Origin: Candidatus Woesearchaeota archaeon | Lineage (GTDB): Archaea; Nanobdellota; Nanobdellia; Woesearchaeales; UBA10216 | Length of the DNA: 64,000 nt | Direction of reading: 5' to 3' | Assembly: GCA_016180195.1 (NCBI GenBank) | Contig: JACPBS010000004.1 | Span: forward strand, 17,485-81,484 | Part shown: in pieces, positions 24,656-34,627 of the stretch | How the letters are laid out: each line of letters starts with the position of its first letter | Position numbering within the stretch: position 1 is the first letter of the stretch | Made by a program: the position numbers and the translations under genes | The notes under the pieces: model-generated | What the model was told of the DNA's origin: nothing | Databases searched by the model: none | Seen by the model: only the letters and a program-made list of their open reading frames with translations

Positions 24656-27600
24656 CTTTAACAATTGGCCATAGGGGAGCTGGAAAACTGGAGCCTGAAA
24701 ATACCTTAAAGGCGATCAGGAAGGCAATCGAGCTCGGGCTGGACCAGGCTGAGATCGACTTGAGGCTGACAAAAGACGGCAGGCTTGTTGTTTTCCATGA
24801 CTACTCTACTGAAAGGATCAGTGCAAAAAAGATCATGTTGAGGGACCTTGATTTCTCAGAGCTGAAAAAAATCAAGCCAGACATCCCTTCTTTGGAGGAA
24901 GTCTTTGATGCGGCTGATGGAAAGGTAAGTCTGAGGATTGATGTCAAGGAGGACATCGCAGAGGAGCTTTGCCGATTTCTGAAGATGAATGGTTTTGAAG
25001 ATTGTGTTGTAATGTTCAGGAACGTGGACGAGCTGAGGAAAGTGAAAAAGCTTCTGCCGGGAATCGAGACAGCTTTCCTTGTTACGGATCCAAGCATAGA
25101 TCCAATAGCTGGAGCGAAGGAAGCGAATGCGGACGGGATCCATCTTGGAAGCAAATGCATTAGCAAGAAGGTAATTGATGCTGCAAGAACGGAAGGTTTG
25201 AGAATGGCTATAGGTGATTTTAGCACAGTTGGGGATATCAGGCAAGCGTTGGAATTCAACCCTGATTGCATCAGCAGCGAGAGGCCTGATTTGTTGGTCG
25301 GAATCATAAAGAATAAAAGAAATAAATTGAAGAAAATCTTGGTCATTGGTTCGGGTCCGATAAAAATCGGAGAAGCTGGGGAATTTGACTATTCTACTAG
25401 CCAGTGCCTAAAAGTTTTGAAGGAAGAGCACATTACTACCGTACTTGTCAATCCAAACATAGCCACCATCCAATCAGATAAGAAGATGGCGGACAAAATC
25501 TACTTCCTCCCGATTACTCCATACTTTGTTGAGAAAATTATCGAAAAAGAAAGGCCTGATGGAATCCTGCTTAGCTTCGGAGGGCAGACAGCGCTCAACT
25601 GCGGCGTGGCATTGCATGATTCAGGAATCCTTGAGAAATACTGCGTAAGTGTGCTGGGAACCCCTGTTGAAACGATAAATGCGACAGAGGACAGGGAGTT
25701 GTTCGTGCGGAAATTAAATGAAATAAGCCTGAAAACGCCAAAAAGCTTCGCTGTAAAAAGCGTGCAAAATGCAATCATCGCCGCAAGTAAGATAGGCTAC
25801 CCGTTAATCATCCGTTCCGCTTATGCTCTTGGCGGTTTGGGAAGTGCCATTTGCAGGAATGATGATGAGCTTGAGGAAGCGTCAAGGAAGGCTTTTGCAA
25901 GCGCTCCTCAGATCCTGGTTGAGGAATATCTTGAGCATTGGAAGGAAATAGAGTATGAGGTTGTCCGTGACAGATTTGATAACTGCATCACCGTTTGCAA
26001 CATGGAGAATTTTGACCCGATGGGCATCCATACTGGCGAGAGCATAGTAGTGGCGCCAAGCCAGACCCTGTCAAATTCCGAATACCATAAATTGAGGGAA
26101 ATTTCAATCAGGCTTATCAGGCATCTTGGCATAGTTGGTGAATGCAATGTGCAGTTTGCATTGGACAGGAACAGCGAGGATTACAGGATTATTGAGGTTA
26201 ATGCCCGCCTTTCAAGGAGCTCTGCCCTGGCCAGCAAGGCAACAGGCTACCCCCTTGCGTTTGTTGCTGCAAAGCTCGCCTTGGGCTATGGCCTTGCAGA
26301 GATAAATAACTCCATCACAAAATCAACAATTGCATGCTTTGAGCCGGCCTTGGATTATGTTGTCGTTAAGATCCCGCGGTGGGATTTGAAGAAATTCAGG
26401 AACGTGTCAAGGAGCATAGGGAGTTCCATGAAGTCAGTTGGAGAGGTTATGGCTATCGGGCGCAGATTTGAGGAGGCTTTGCAGAAGGCATTGAGGATGC
26501 TTGACATTGGTGCTTATGGTTTGGTCTGCAACGAGCCAGTATGTGCTGATCATGATATCGAGCACGAACTCGCAAATCCAACTGACGAGAGGATTTTCAC
26601 AGTGGTTGAGGCTATAAGGAAAGGTTACAGCCCTGAAAAAATAAGCAGTCTTTCAGGGATTGATTGCTGGTTCCTGGAAAAAATAAAGAACGTCGTTGAT
26701 CTTGAATCTGAATTGAGGCATTATAAGGATATTGCCTGTATCGGAAAGGAATTGCTGATGAGGGCAAAGCAGTTTGGATTTTCTGACAAGCAGCTATCCT
26801 TGATGTTTAATGTTGATTATACGGAAGTTATGAAAATCCGTGAATCAATGGGGATCAAGCCAGTTGTAAGGCAGATTGACACATTGGCAGCCGAATACCC
26901 TGCAAAAACTAATTATCTGTACCTTACCTATAATGGAGGTGAGGATGACATTGATTTCACAGGAAAAAGGAAAAAGATCATTGTTCTTGGATCAGGAGTT
27001 TACAGGATCGGGAGTTCTGTTGAGTTTGACTGGTGCTGCGTGAATGCGGTTTTTACACTAAGGGATCTGGGGTATGAGACGATTATGGTTAACTACAACC
27101 CCGAAACAGTCAGCACTGATTATGATGTCTGTGACAAGCTGTATTTTGATGAGATCTCTTTTGAGGCCGTGGTTGAGGTTTGCAGGAAGGAAAACCCGTT
27201 TGGCGTTATTATATCAATGGGCGGGCAGATCCCGAACAACATCGCGGTTAAGCTGCACAAGGCAGGGGTGAATGTTTTGGGGACGAGCCCTCAAAGCATT
27301 GACATGGCAGAGGATAGGCACAAGTTCTCTAAGCTTCTTGACGAGCTCGGGATAGATCAGCCAAAATGGAAGGAACTCACGGATTTTTCTGAGGCAAGGC
27401 TGTTTGCGAACAGGGTCGGGTATCCGGTTCTTGTCAGGCCTTCTTATGTCCTCAGCGGTGCTGCCATGAATGTGGCTTTCAATGATGATGACCTAGAGAC
27501 TTACCTTACAAGGGCTTCAAGGGTAAATCTTGACTATCCTGTGGTCATAAGCAAGTTCATGGTGAACTCAAAGGAAATTGAAATTGATGCTGTCGCAAGG

Positions 27601-28518
27601 CAGGGTATTATTGTTTCAGAGGCGATTTCTGAGCACGTTGAAAACGCGGGGGTCCATTCAGGGGATGCAACCATGATTTTTCCAGCAGTGAGGCTTTATC
27701 CTGAGACAGTTGAAAAGGTGAGGAGGATATCTTCGACTGTTGCTTCCAGTCTTAATATTTCTGGTCCATTCAATATCCAGTTCCTTGCAAAGGATAATGA
27801 GGTGATGGTGATTGAATGCAATCTGAGGGCCTCAAGAAGCTTTCCATTTGTTTCCAAGGTGAAGATGAATAACCTGATAGAGACCGCTACAAGGGCTATA
27901 GTCGGGGCTGATGTGGACCATGAAAAGCCAAAGGAAATACGTTATGTGGGGATTAAATCCCCGCAGTTCTCTTTTTCAAGGCTTTTGGGAGCAGACCCTG
28001 TTCTTTCGGTGGAGATGGCCTCAACCGGGGAAGTTGCTTGCCTGGGCTCTGATGTTTATGATGCATTCCTGAAGGCCATCCTGGCTGCAGGGTTTAAGAT
28101 GCCTAGAAAGAACATTCTCCTCAGCATCGGCGGGGATGAGAACAAGCAGAAATTTATCCCTTATGCCCGGAAGCTCGTGGAAAAGGGGTATTCGATTTTT
28201 GCAACTGACAATACTTCGAAAATGCTAGATGAAAGCGATATAGCAAATGTGCTGCTTCATAAGATCCATGAGGGAAAGTCGCCGAATATAAGCGAATATC
28301 TCACGAATGAGAAGCTGGACACGGTTATAAATATACCAAGCGGCTCTGGCAATAATACCAAAAGGAAGGCAAGGGACGGCTATATAATAAGGCGTGCTGC
28401 CGCAGACTTCGGCATTCCGTTAATAACAAATATTCAGCTTGCAATGCTGCTTGTTGATGCCTTGTGTTCCCTGAAGATTGATGCGCTTGATATCAGGGCA
28501 TGGGATGAATATAATTAA
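24652..28518 (+). CDS. carB: Carbamoyl-phosphate synthase large subunit with an in-frame N-terminal glycerophosphodiester phosphodiesterase (GDPD) domain
   Basis: 1288 aa continuous ORF. Residues 1-215 carry GDPD motifs (IGHRGAG, ENTLKA, EIDLRLTKDG, VVFHD, C-terminal GIISERPDLL). From LKKILVIGSGPIKIGEAGEFDYS onward it is canonical CarB with two ATP-grasp halves and an MGS-like C-terminal domain. An in-frame TTG at 25327 could give stand-alone CarB (MKKILVIGSGP). Confidence 0.85.
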   Translation: MTLTIGHRGAGKLEPENTLKAIRKAIELGLDQAEIDLRLTKDGRLVVFHDYSTERISAKKIMLRDLDFSELKKIKPDIPSLEEVFDAADGKVSLRIDVKEDIAEELCRFLKMNGFEDCVVMFRNVDELRKVKKLLPGIETAFLVTDPSIDPIAGAKEANADGIHLGSKCISKKVIDAARTEGLRMAIGDFSTVGDIRQALEFNPDCISSERPDLLVGIIKNKRNKLKKILVIGSGPIKIGEAGEFDYSTSQCLKVLKEEHITTVLVNPNIATIQSDKKMADKIYFLPITPYFVEKIIEKERPDGILLSFGGQTALNCGVALHDSGILEKYCVSVLGTPVETINATEDRELFVRKLNEISLKTPKSFAVKSVQNAIIAASKIGYPLIIRSAYALGGLGSAICRNDDELEEASRKAFASAPQILVEEYLEHWKEIEYEVVRDRFDNCITVCNMENFDPMGIHTGESIVVAPSQTLSNSEYHKLREISIRLIRHLGIVGECNVQFALDRNSEDYRIIEVNARLSRSSALASKATGYPLAFVAAKLALGYGLAEINNSITKSTIACFEPALDYVVVKIPRWDLKKFRNVSRSIGSSMKSVGEVMAIGRRFEEALQKALRMLDIGAYGLVCNEPVCADHDIEHELANPTDERIFTVVEAIRKGYSPEKISSLSGIDCWFLEKIKNVVDLESELRHYKDIACIGKELLMRAKQFGFSDKQLSLMFNVDYTEVMKIRESMGIKPVVRQIDTLAAEYPAKTNYLYLTYNGGEDDIDFTGKRKKIIVLGSGVYRIGSSVEFDWCCVNAVFTLRDLGYETIMVNYNPETVSTDYDVCDKLYFDEISFEAVVEVCRKENPFGVIISMGGQIPNNIAVKLHKAGVNVLGTSPQSIDMAEDRHKFSKLLDELGIDQPKWKELTDFSEARLFANRVGYPVLVRPSYVLSGAAMNVAFNDDDLETYLTRASRVNLDYPVVISKFMVNSKEIEIDAVARQGIIVSEAISEHVENAGVHSGDATMIFPAVRLYPETVEKVRRISSTVASSLNISGPFNIQFLAKDNEVMVIECNLRASRSFPFVSKVKMNNLIETATRAIVGADVDHEKPKEIRYVGIKSPQFSFSRLLGADPVLSVEMASTGEVACLGSDVYDAFLKAILAAGFKMPRKNILLSIGGDENKQKFIPYARKLVEKGYSIFATDNTSKMLDESDIANVLLHKIHEGKSPNISEYLTNEKLDTVINIPSGSGNNTKRKARDGYIIRRAAADFGIPLITNIQLAMLLVDALCSLKIDALDIRAWDEYN

Positions 28519-28595
28519 GGAAAATGCAAATTTTTAATATGCACCAACACCAATAGGCACAATCTTTTTATTTTATTCTCTTTTCAGCTTCATAA

Positions 28596-29516
28596 ATGGC
28601 TAATGTTGATATCAGGACTAACATACTGAATATAGAGCTAAAGAACCCGACTATCTTGGCATCAGGGATCATGGGCGTATCAGGATCCTCATGTGTTTAC
28701 GCGGCAAGGAATGGCGCTGGTGCTGTTATACCCAAATCCATAGGGCCTTCTGAAAGGCAGGGCCACAGCAATCCCATAATTACGCAGTTCGAATCAGGTT
28801 TTCTTAATGCAGTCGGTCTTCCAAATGCAGGAGTGGACAGCAGCCTTGATGAGATAAGGTTTGCAATGGATAATGCAGGTGTTCATGTATTTCCAAGCTT
28901 TTTCGGCGGAACAAAAGAGGAATTCGGGTTGGTTGCAGAGAAAATTTCAGCCTTGAATCCCCCGCTTATGGAGGTTAACCTTTCCTGCCCGAATACTGCT
29001 GATGATTTCGGGATTTCATTTGCATTGTCAGAGAATGACGCGCATGACGTAATTAGCATTGTGAAGTCAAGGACAAAGATTCCTGTAATTGCAAAGCTCG
29101 CCCCGAATGTCCCTGATATAAGGCGCATTGCAAGGGCTGTTGAGGAGGCTGGAGCTGATGCAATAACCGCTGTCAACACAATGCCGGGCATGATTATTGA
29201 TGTTAAGGCTGCTAAGCCAATCCTTTACAACAAGTGTGGGGGCATTAGCGGTCCTGCCTTGAAGCCTGTTGCAGTGAAGTGCATTTATGATGTCTTTGAA
29301 TCAGTTAATATCCCTGTGATTGGCGTTGGCGGCGTTAAATCAGGAGAGGATGCTGCTGAGATGATTATGGCAGGCGCGGTTGCTGTCGAGATAGGCTCTG
29401 GGATTTATTACAGGGGCATTGACGTATTCAGGAAGGTAAGTGATGAGCTTCGAATGTTCATGGAAGAGAACGGCTATGATAAAATCAAAGATATGGTCGG
29501 GGTTGCGCATAAATGA
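28596..29516 (+). CDS. pyrD: Dihydroorotate dehydrogenase catalytic subunit (class 1B)
   Basis: 306 aa. FMN/substrate motifs (NAVGLPN, LSCPN, GVGGV). Confidence 0.85.
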   Translation: MANVDIRTNILNIELKNPTILASGIMGVSGSSCVYAARNGAGAVIPKSIGPSERQGHSNPIITQFESGFLNAVGLPNAGVDSSLDEIRFAMDNAGVHVFPSFFGGTKEEFGLVAEKISALNPPLMEVNLSCPNTADDFGISFALSENDAHDVISIVKSRTKIPVIAKLAPNVPDIRRIARAVEEAGADAITAVNTMPGMIIDVKAAKPILYNKCGGISGPALKPVAVKCIYDVFESVNIPVIGVGGVKSGEDAAEMIMAGAVAVEIGSGIYYRGIDVFRKVSDELRMFMEENGYDKIKDMVGVAHK

Positions 29517-30319
29517 AGATGGAAAAGCCAGTTATTTATAGGATAAAAAGGACTGTTGACGAGGCTGAATGCATAAAATCATTTTTTTTCAGCGGCAAAA
29601 TTAATTACAGGCCCGGCCAGTTTGTGATGGTATGGATTCCGGGCGTGGATGAGAAGCCTTTTGCTGTAAGCTATCTTTCAGGAGATGAATTTGGAATAAC
29701 CGTTGCTGAGGTTGGGAATTTTTCTGGAAATCTATGCAGGCTCAAGGCTGGCGACATGATTGGTATAAGGGGTCCTTATGGAAAGGGTTACAATCTTGAT
29801 GGCGAGTTGAGAAGCATTGCTGTTGTTTCTGGAGGTCACGGCGCTGCTTCGCTCATGACGCTTGCTGAGGAGGCGGTCAGGAAAGGAATCATGGTCAGAT
29901 TCATCCTGGGGGCAAGGTCGAAGGATAAGCTGCTTTACATGCAGCGGCTTGTTGATCTTGTTGGCAGGGAGAATCTTATTATCACCACTGATGACGGCAG
30001 CATGGGCGCCAGAGGGTTCGTTACAGAAGCCCTTAAGCAGGTCATCAGTGATGGAAGGATTGGCATGATCTTTGCCTGCGGCCCTGAAAAGATGCTTAAG
30101 GCAGTTGCAGAAATGGGTGTTCAGAATAAGATTAAGGGAGAGCTTAGCATGGAGCGATACATGAAGTGCGGATTCGGCATTTGCGGGCATTGCTGCGTTG
30201 ACACTACCGGGATTAGGGTTTGCGTTGAGGGTCCTGTTCTGGATTTTGAGTCGGCTTTGAAGATTAAGGAGTTCGGGACTTATAGGAGGACCATATCAAG
30301 CAGGAAGGAGAAGATCTAG
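29513..30319 (+). CDS. pyrK: Dihydroorotate dehydrogenase electron-transfer subunit
   Basis: 268 aa. FAD/NAD-binding ferredoxin-reductase fold and C-terminal 2Fe-2S Cys cluster CGFGICGHCCV. Confidence 0.8.
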   Translation: MKMEKPVIYRIKRTVDEAECIKSFFFSGKINYRPGQFVMVWIPGVDEKPFAVSYLSGDEFGITVAEVGNFSGNLCRLKAGDMIGIRGPYGKGYNLDGELRSIAVVSGGHGAASLMTLAEEAVRKGIMVRFILGARSKDKLLYMQRLVDLVGRENLIITTDDGSMGARGFVTEALKQVISDGRIGMIFACGPEKMLKAVAEMGVQNKIKGELSMERYMKCGFGICGHCCVDTTGIRVCVEGPVLDFESALKIKEFGTYRRTISSRKEKI

Positions 30320-30377
30320 CGCCGAAGCAGCTTATTATGAACAATATTTATAAAACTATTTCTCAAATTGCATTCTA

Positions 30378-31088
30378 ATGAAAGCCCCCTACAGGTCAAT
30401 TGCCCCGTTTTACGATCTTCTTTACTCTTATAAGGATTATGAAAGGGAGTGTGAGGAGCTAAGGGGCCTGATATCCAGATACAAGAGATCGAATGGCAAA
30501 GCACTGCTGGATGTTGCATGCGGTACAGGGAGCCATCTTGAATATTTTGAGAACTGGTTCAGCTGCACTGGAATTGACAGGAGCGGTGAGATGCTCGCCA
30601 TTGCCAGGAAAAAGCTTTCAAGAGCGCAGCTAAGAAAAGGGGACATGGCCTGTTTCAGGTTAGGAAGAAAGTTCGATATAATTACCTGCATGTTCAGCGC
30701 AATAGGATATGCAAGAACTGTTAGCATCCTGGAAAAGGCAATAGCGAACATTTCCTCGCACCTTAAGAGAGGAGGTGTGGTATTTATCGAACCTTGGCAT
30801 GCCCCTGAAGACTTTAAGGCTGGCATGCCATTCATGCTCAACTATGATAGCCCTGATATAAAGGTATCCAGGCTTAACGTATCTAAAGTAAGATCGAATA
30901 TCTCAGTTCTTGACATGCATCATTTGGTTGCGGAAAAGGGGAAAGATGTTAAGTACGTGTTTGAGAGGCATGAGCTTGGCTTGTTCAAATTTTCAACGAT
31001 AACCGCCATCATGGAGGATGCTGGGCTTGATGTTAGGCTGGTAAAAAGCCACGTTTTCTCCAGGGCGATGTTCATAGGGGTAAAATGA
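30378..31088 (+). CDS. SAM-dependent small-molecule methyltransferase, TylM1/DesVI-like architecture
   Basis: 236 aa. By recollection, blocks PFYDLLY, LDVACGTGSHLEYF, FDIITCMFSAIGY and VFIEPWHAPEDF match the TylM1 sugar N,N-dimethyltransferase family layout. Confidence 0.55.
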   Translation: MKAPYRSIAPFYDLLYSYKDYERECEELRGLISRYKRSNGKALLDVACGTGSHLEYFENWFSCTGIDRSGEMLAIARKKLSRAQLRKGDMACFRLGRKFDIITCMFSAIGYARTVSILEKAIANISSHLKRGGVVFIEPWHAPEDFKAGMPFMLNYDSPDIKVSRLNVSKVRSNISVLDMHHLVAEKGKDVKYVFERHELGLFKFSTITAIMEDAGLDVRLVKSHVFSRAMFIGVK

Positions 31089-32386
31089 TTCTTATCAGGA
31101 ATTGCAGGGTGCTTGTCGAAAACAAGTCATGTAAAAAAAGCATAGTTATAGGTGATTCAGGCAGGATAGAAAAAGTAGTATCTCCATCTTCTGTGAAATC
31201 TGCAGACATGGTTGTCGATGCTGGAGGATGTTTTGCGATCCCTGGAGCGATTGATGTTCATGTTCATTGCCGGGAGCCAGGAATGACCCATAAGGAGGAT
31301 TTTAATTCCGCGGGAAAGGCGGCGGCAGCAGGGGGAATTACAACCATCCTGGACATGCCTAATACATCACCTGCAACGACGACGGTGAAGCTGCTGGAAG
31401 AGAAGAGGCTGGCGGCTGCCGGGAAATGCCTGGCGAATTATGGCCTTTATTTGGGCGCTACTCCGGATAATGCTGGTGAAATAATGGCCGCAACCAATAT
31501 AGCGGGAGTCAAGGTTTATATGGGCTCTTCAACCGGAAATCTTCTTGTTACAGGCGATAAAGAGCTTGGGGGTATTTTCAGCAGCGGAAAGAGGATTGCG
31601 GTTCACGCGGAAAATGAAGCCATGATCCGGGAGAATGCGGATAAGTTCAGGGACTTGAATGATGTTTCAGTTCATGGCAGGATCAGGAATAATTTATCTG
31701 CTGCTGTAGAGGTTGAGCGTGCTATCAACCTTGCCAGGAAAAATAATGCAATCCTTCATATTTGCCACCTGTCAACAAGTGAGGAGACTCGAATTTTAAA
31801 AAACAGCAGATCAAAAAGCATCTCATGTGAAGTAACTCCTCATCATTTGTTCCTGACAGCGGAAAAAGCGGAAGAGCTTGGCAATTATTCTAAAGTAAAT
31901 CCGCCATTAAGAAAAAAGGCCGATGTAGTTTCCTTATGGGAAGGCCTATCATCAGGAATCATCGATATGATAGCTACTGATCACGCCCCCCATTTAAGGA
32001 AGGAAAAGGATCTGCCTTTTTTTGACGCGCCTTCCGGTGTTCCTGGACTGGAGACTATGCTTCCTTTGATGCTTGATGCGGTGGGCAAGGGCAGGATTTC
32101 TCTCCAGCAGCTTGTCGCGCTAACTTCCGGCAACCCGGCTGATATCTTCAAGATGAGGGGAAGGGGCCATATCCTTCCAGGATTTTATGCGGATATCGTC
32201 ATTGTTGACCTGAAGAAAGAAAAAACAATAAAAAACGATGATTTGTTCACTAAGTGCGGCTGGTCGCCGTTTGACGGATGGAAATTAAGGGGAAGCGTTG
32301 AAGCGACTATAGTCAATGGGAATATTGTGTTTAAGGAAGGCGGGATTCATGACGGCGTTAATGGGCAGGAGGTTGTTTTTGAATGA
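31085..32386 (+). CDS. pyrC: Dihydroorotase
   Basis: 433 aa. Metal-binding DVHVHCREPG and DHAPH. Confidence 0.8.
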   Translation: MILIRNCRVLVENKSCKKSIVIGDSGRIEKVVSPSSVKSADMVVDAGGCFAIPGAIDVHVHCREPGMTHKEDFNSAGKAAAAGGITTILDMPNTSPATTTVKLLEEKRLAAAGKCLANYGLYLGATPDNAGEIMAATNIAGVKVYMGSSTGNLLVTGDKELGGIFSSGKRIAVHAENEAMIRENADKFRDLNDVSVHGRIRNNLSAAVEVERAINLARKNNAILHICHLSTSEETRILKNSRSKSISCEVTPHHLFLTAEKAEELGNYSKVNPPLRKKADVVSLWEGLSSGIIDMIATDHAPHLRKEKDLPFFDAPSGVPGLETMLPLMLDAVGKGRISLQQLVALTSGNPADIFKMRGRGHILPGFYADIVIVDLKKEKTIKNDDLFTKCGWSPFDGWKLRGSVEATIVNGNIVFKEGGIHDGVNGQEVVFE

Positions 32387-32889
32387 AGATAGGCGTTATA
32401 TCCGATACCCATGATCAGCAGAAGATGATTATTGAAACAATCAGGATTTTTAACATTGAGAAGGCAGATCTGGTTATTCATTGTGGTGATTGGGTTTCGC
32501 CTTTTTCTGCTGCGAGGTTCAGGGATTTGAATTGCAGCATAAAAGGCATTTTCGGCAATAATGATGGGGATAAAAAAGCACACAGGGAAAGAAATAAATT
32601 CATAGAATACCATGATGAAAAAATGGAACTGGAGATTGGCGGAAGAAAGGTTTTCGTGGTTCATGGGGATGACGGCAAAGTTGTTCACGACGCGATTTCT
32701 TCCGGCAAGTATGATGCTGTTTTTTCCGGCCATACGCACGTTCCCCATGTAAAGAAGATGGGAGATACATTGTGGGTGAATCCCGGAAGCCTGGTTGACG
32801 GGACGTATGATGAAGTTTCTGGGATGAGCATTGCTTTTTACTCTACAGGCGATAACAGCGCAATAATCCAAAGACTTGGAGGTGGATGA
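32383..32889 (+). CDS. Metallophosphoesterase (MJ0936/YfcE-like, calcineurin fold)
   Basis: 168 aa. Has motif series DTHD, GDWV, GNND (GNNDGD), GHTH. Confidence 0.7.
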   Translation: MKIGVISDTHDQQKMIIETIRIFNIEKADLVIHCGDWVSPFSAARFRDLNCSIKGIFGNNDGDKKAHRERNKFIEYHDEKMELEIGGRKVFVVHGDDGKVVHDAISSGKYDAVFSGHTHVPHVKKMGDTLWVNPGSLVDGTYDEVSGMSIAFYSTGDNSAIIQRLGGG

Positions 32890-33530
32890 TGTCAGGCGAA
32901 AAAATTGCAGCATTGCTTTTAAATTCGGGTGCTGTTATGCTCAGGCCGAAGCAGCCATTCAGGTATGCCTCTGGTCTTTCGGGCCCTATCTACTGTGATA
33001 ACAGGATTCTTCTTTCAAGGCCTCATGAAAGGAAGGTGATTGTAAATGCCTTCATTGAGTTGCTAGAGGGGGATAAGCCAGATGTGATTGCGGGTGTTGC
33101 CACAGGAAGCATTGCCTGGGCTGCAATGGTTGCGGATAAGCTTGGGAAGCCGATGGTTTACATTAGGAAGGAATCGAAGGATCATGGTAAGGGCAACCTT
33201 ATTGAGGGTGTTCTTGATTCAGGGCAGGAAGCTGTCGTCGTTGAGGATTTGGTTACTACAGGAGGCAGTTCCCTTTCAGCGGTTTCTGCTGCAAGAAATC
33301 ACGGTGCTGTTGTCAAGAAATGCCTCGCCATCTTCACTTACGGGCTTGAGTCCTCGAAAAAAGGTTTTAACAATGCAGGATGTCAGCTGATTACCCTTAC
33401 TGATTTTGACACCCTTGTCAAGGTTGCATTTAAAAGTGGTTTCATTAGCAGTGATGACCGCGCCATCCTGATGGAATGGAAAAGCGATCCTGAAGGGTGG
33501 GGAAGAACAGCATCCCAAAATAGGTTTTGA
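32886..33530 (+). CDS. pyrE: Orotate phosphoribosyltransferase
   Basis: 214 aa. PRPP-binding motif VVVEDLVTTGGS. Confidence 0.8.
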   Translation: MMSGEKIAALLLNSGAVMLRPKQPFRYASGLSGPIYCDNRILLSRPHERKVIVNAFIELLEGDKPDVIAGVATGSIAWAAMVADKLGKPMVYIRKESKDHGKGNLIEGVLDSGQEAVVVEDLVTTGGSSLSAVSAARNHGAVVKKCLAIFTYGLESSKKGFNNAGCQLITLTDFDTLVKVAFKSGFISSDDRAILMEWKSDPEGWGRTASQNRF

Positions 33531-33559
33531 CTATTTTTGGGTTTGTTGCAGCGTTTTTC

Positions 33560-33700
33560 TCTTAGTGCCAACAACGGTTGGCGAGCCAATGGATGCCCCA
33601 TCCGGGGTGGCGAGAAGCTCCCAAATTGAGCAAAGCTCAATTGTGCCCGAAGCAAAAAAGCGTCCAACCATTATTGTTGGACAATCAGAAATTTCACTCA
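33560..33700 (+). repeat. Hairpin-rich intergenic repeat, family B copy 2 (partial)
   Basis: Contains aaattgagcaaagctcaattgtgccc (33623-33648), identical to 23986-24011, plus hairpins GCCAACaacgGTTGGC, CCCCatccGGGG and GTCCAACcattattgTTGGAC. Confidence 0.7.
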
Positions 33701-33874
33701 GAATGCAAATTAAATATGTCATCGTTGCCTTGACGACTTCCCTCTTATTGTTTGTTGTCGGCTGTACCAAGTAGTCCGTTCTTATGGAAGGCTGCAATAA
33801 GCTGACTTATGAAGCAAAAAGCCACATTACTTGGTCTTTGTCTGTTGCTGCAAAGCGTTATCCAAGAACAAATG

Positions 33875-34579
33875 TTAATATGCACCGCTGGACATGTACA
33901 TCATCCTTTTCTTTTCATCCATCCTTTCTATTGCATACCTTAGCATCGTCCTTGGCATGCGCTTGTGGTGATTTTCCAGGAATTTGTCCAGTTTTTTTTG
34001 GTCTCTTTTTCCTATTTCCCGAAGCATCCACCCGACTGCCTTGTGTATCAGGTCATGCTTATCGCCTAGCATCATTTCTGAAATCTTAAGCGTGTCGTTG
34101 AATTGATTTTCCCTGATGTAGCGGAATGTGGCTATTATTGCTATCCTTCTTTCCCAAACATTTCGGGATTCTGCCATCTTGTATAGCAGGCCCTTGTCTT
34201 TATCCAGCAGATAATCCCCTATGATCTTTTCTGAGGATAAATCAACCAGATCCCAGTTGTTTATTCTACCTCTGTTTTTGATATAGAACTCAAAGATCAT
34301 CCTTTTGTCATCCTTTCTTTTATATTTGCCAATAAGTATCAGCAGTGCTGTAAGCCTGTGCTCATGTATCCTGCTTGATATAAGTTTTTGCAGCTCATTC
34401 AGGCTAATTTCCTTGTATTTTGCGGCAAGTTTTCTTTGGTTTGGCACGGTTATCCCCAGGAATTTGTCTCCTTCACCATACTCGCCTTTTCCAGTTTTGA
34501 AGAATTTTTGAAGCAGTATTGCCTTTTTCCTGTCAGAATTTTGCTGCATCTCACTTATTAGCTTGTCAATCATGATCAT
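33875..34579 (-). CDS. DNA alkylation repair protein (AlkD/AlkC-like HEAT-repeat glycosylase family)
   Basis: About 235 aa from internal ATG at 34579 (MIMIDKLISEMQQNSDRKKAILLQKFFKTGKGEYGEGDKFLGI...WDLVD.S). The ORF track N-terminal extension (to 34858) is probably untranslated. Confidence 0.65.
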   Translation of the reverse strand: MIMIDKLISEMQQNSDRKKAILLQKFFKTGKGEYGEGDKFLGITVPNQRKLAAKYKEISLNELQKLISSRIHEHRLTALLILIGKYKRKDDKRMIFEFYIKNRGRINNWDLVDLSSEKIIGDYLLDKDKGLLYKMAESRNVWERRIAIIATFRYIRENQFNDTLKISEMMLGDKHDLIHKAVGWMLREIGKRDQKKLDKFLENHHKRMPRTMLRYAIERMDEKKRMMYMSSGAY

Positions 34580-34627
34580 CCTTGTTTCAGTTAACTTTAT
34601 AAAATTGCTCCAAGATAAGAGCATGCA

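Noticed and set aside
24801-25346. Numerous antisense or out-of-frame ORFs inside well-supported genes (e.g. 24801..25346, 5930..6565, 6635..7135, 15975..16337, 22208..22501, 47742..48170)
   Set aside because: They lie wholly within strongly conserved enzyme genes on the opposite strand or in another frame. They have low-complexity composition and no motifs, and are treated as spurious.
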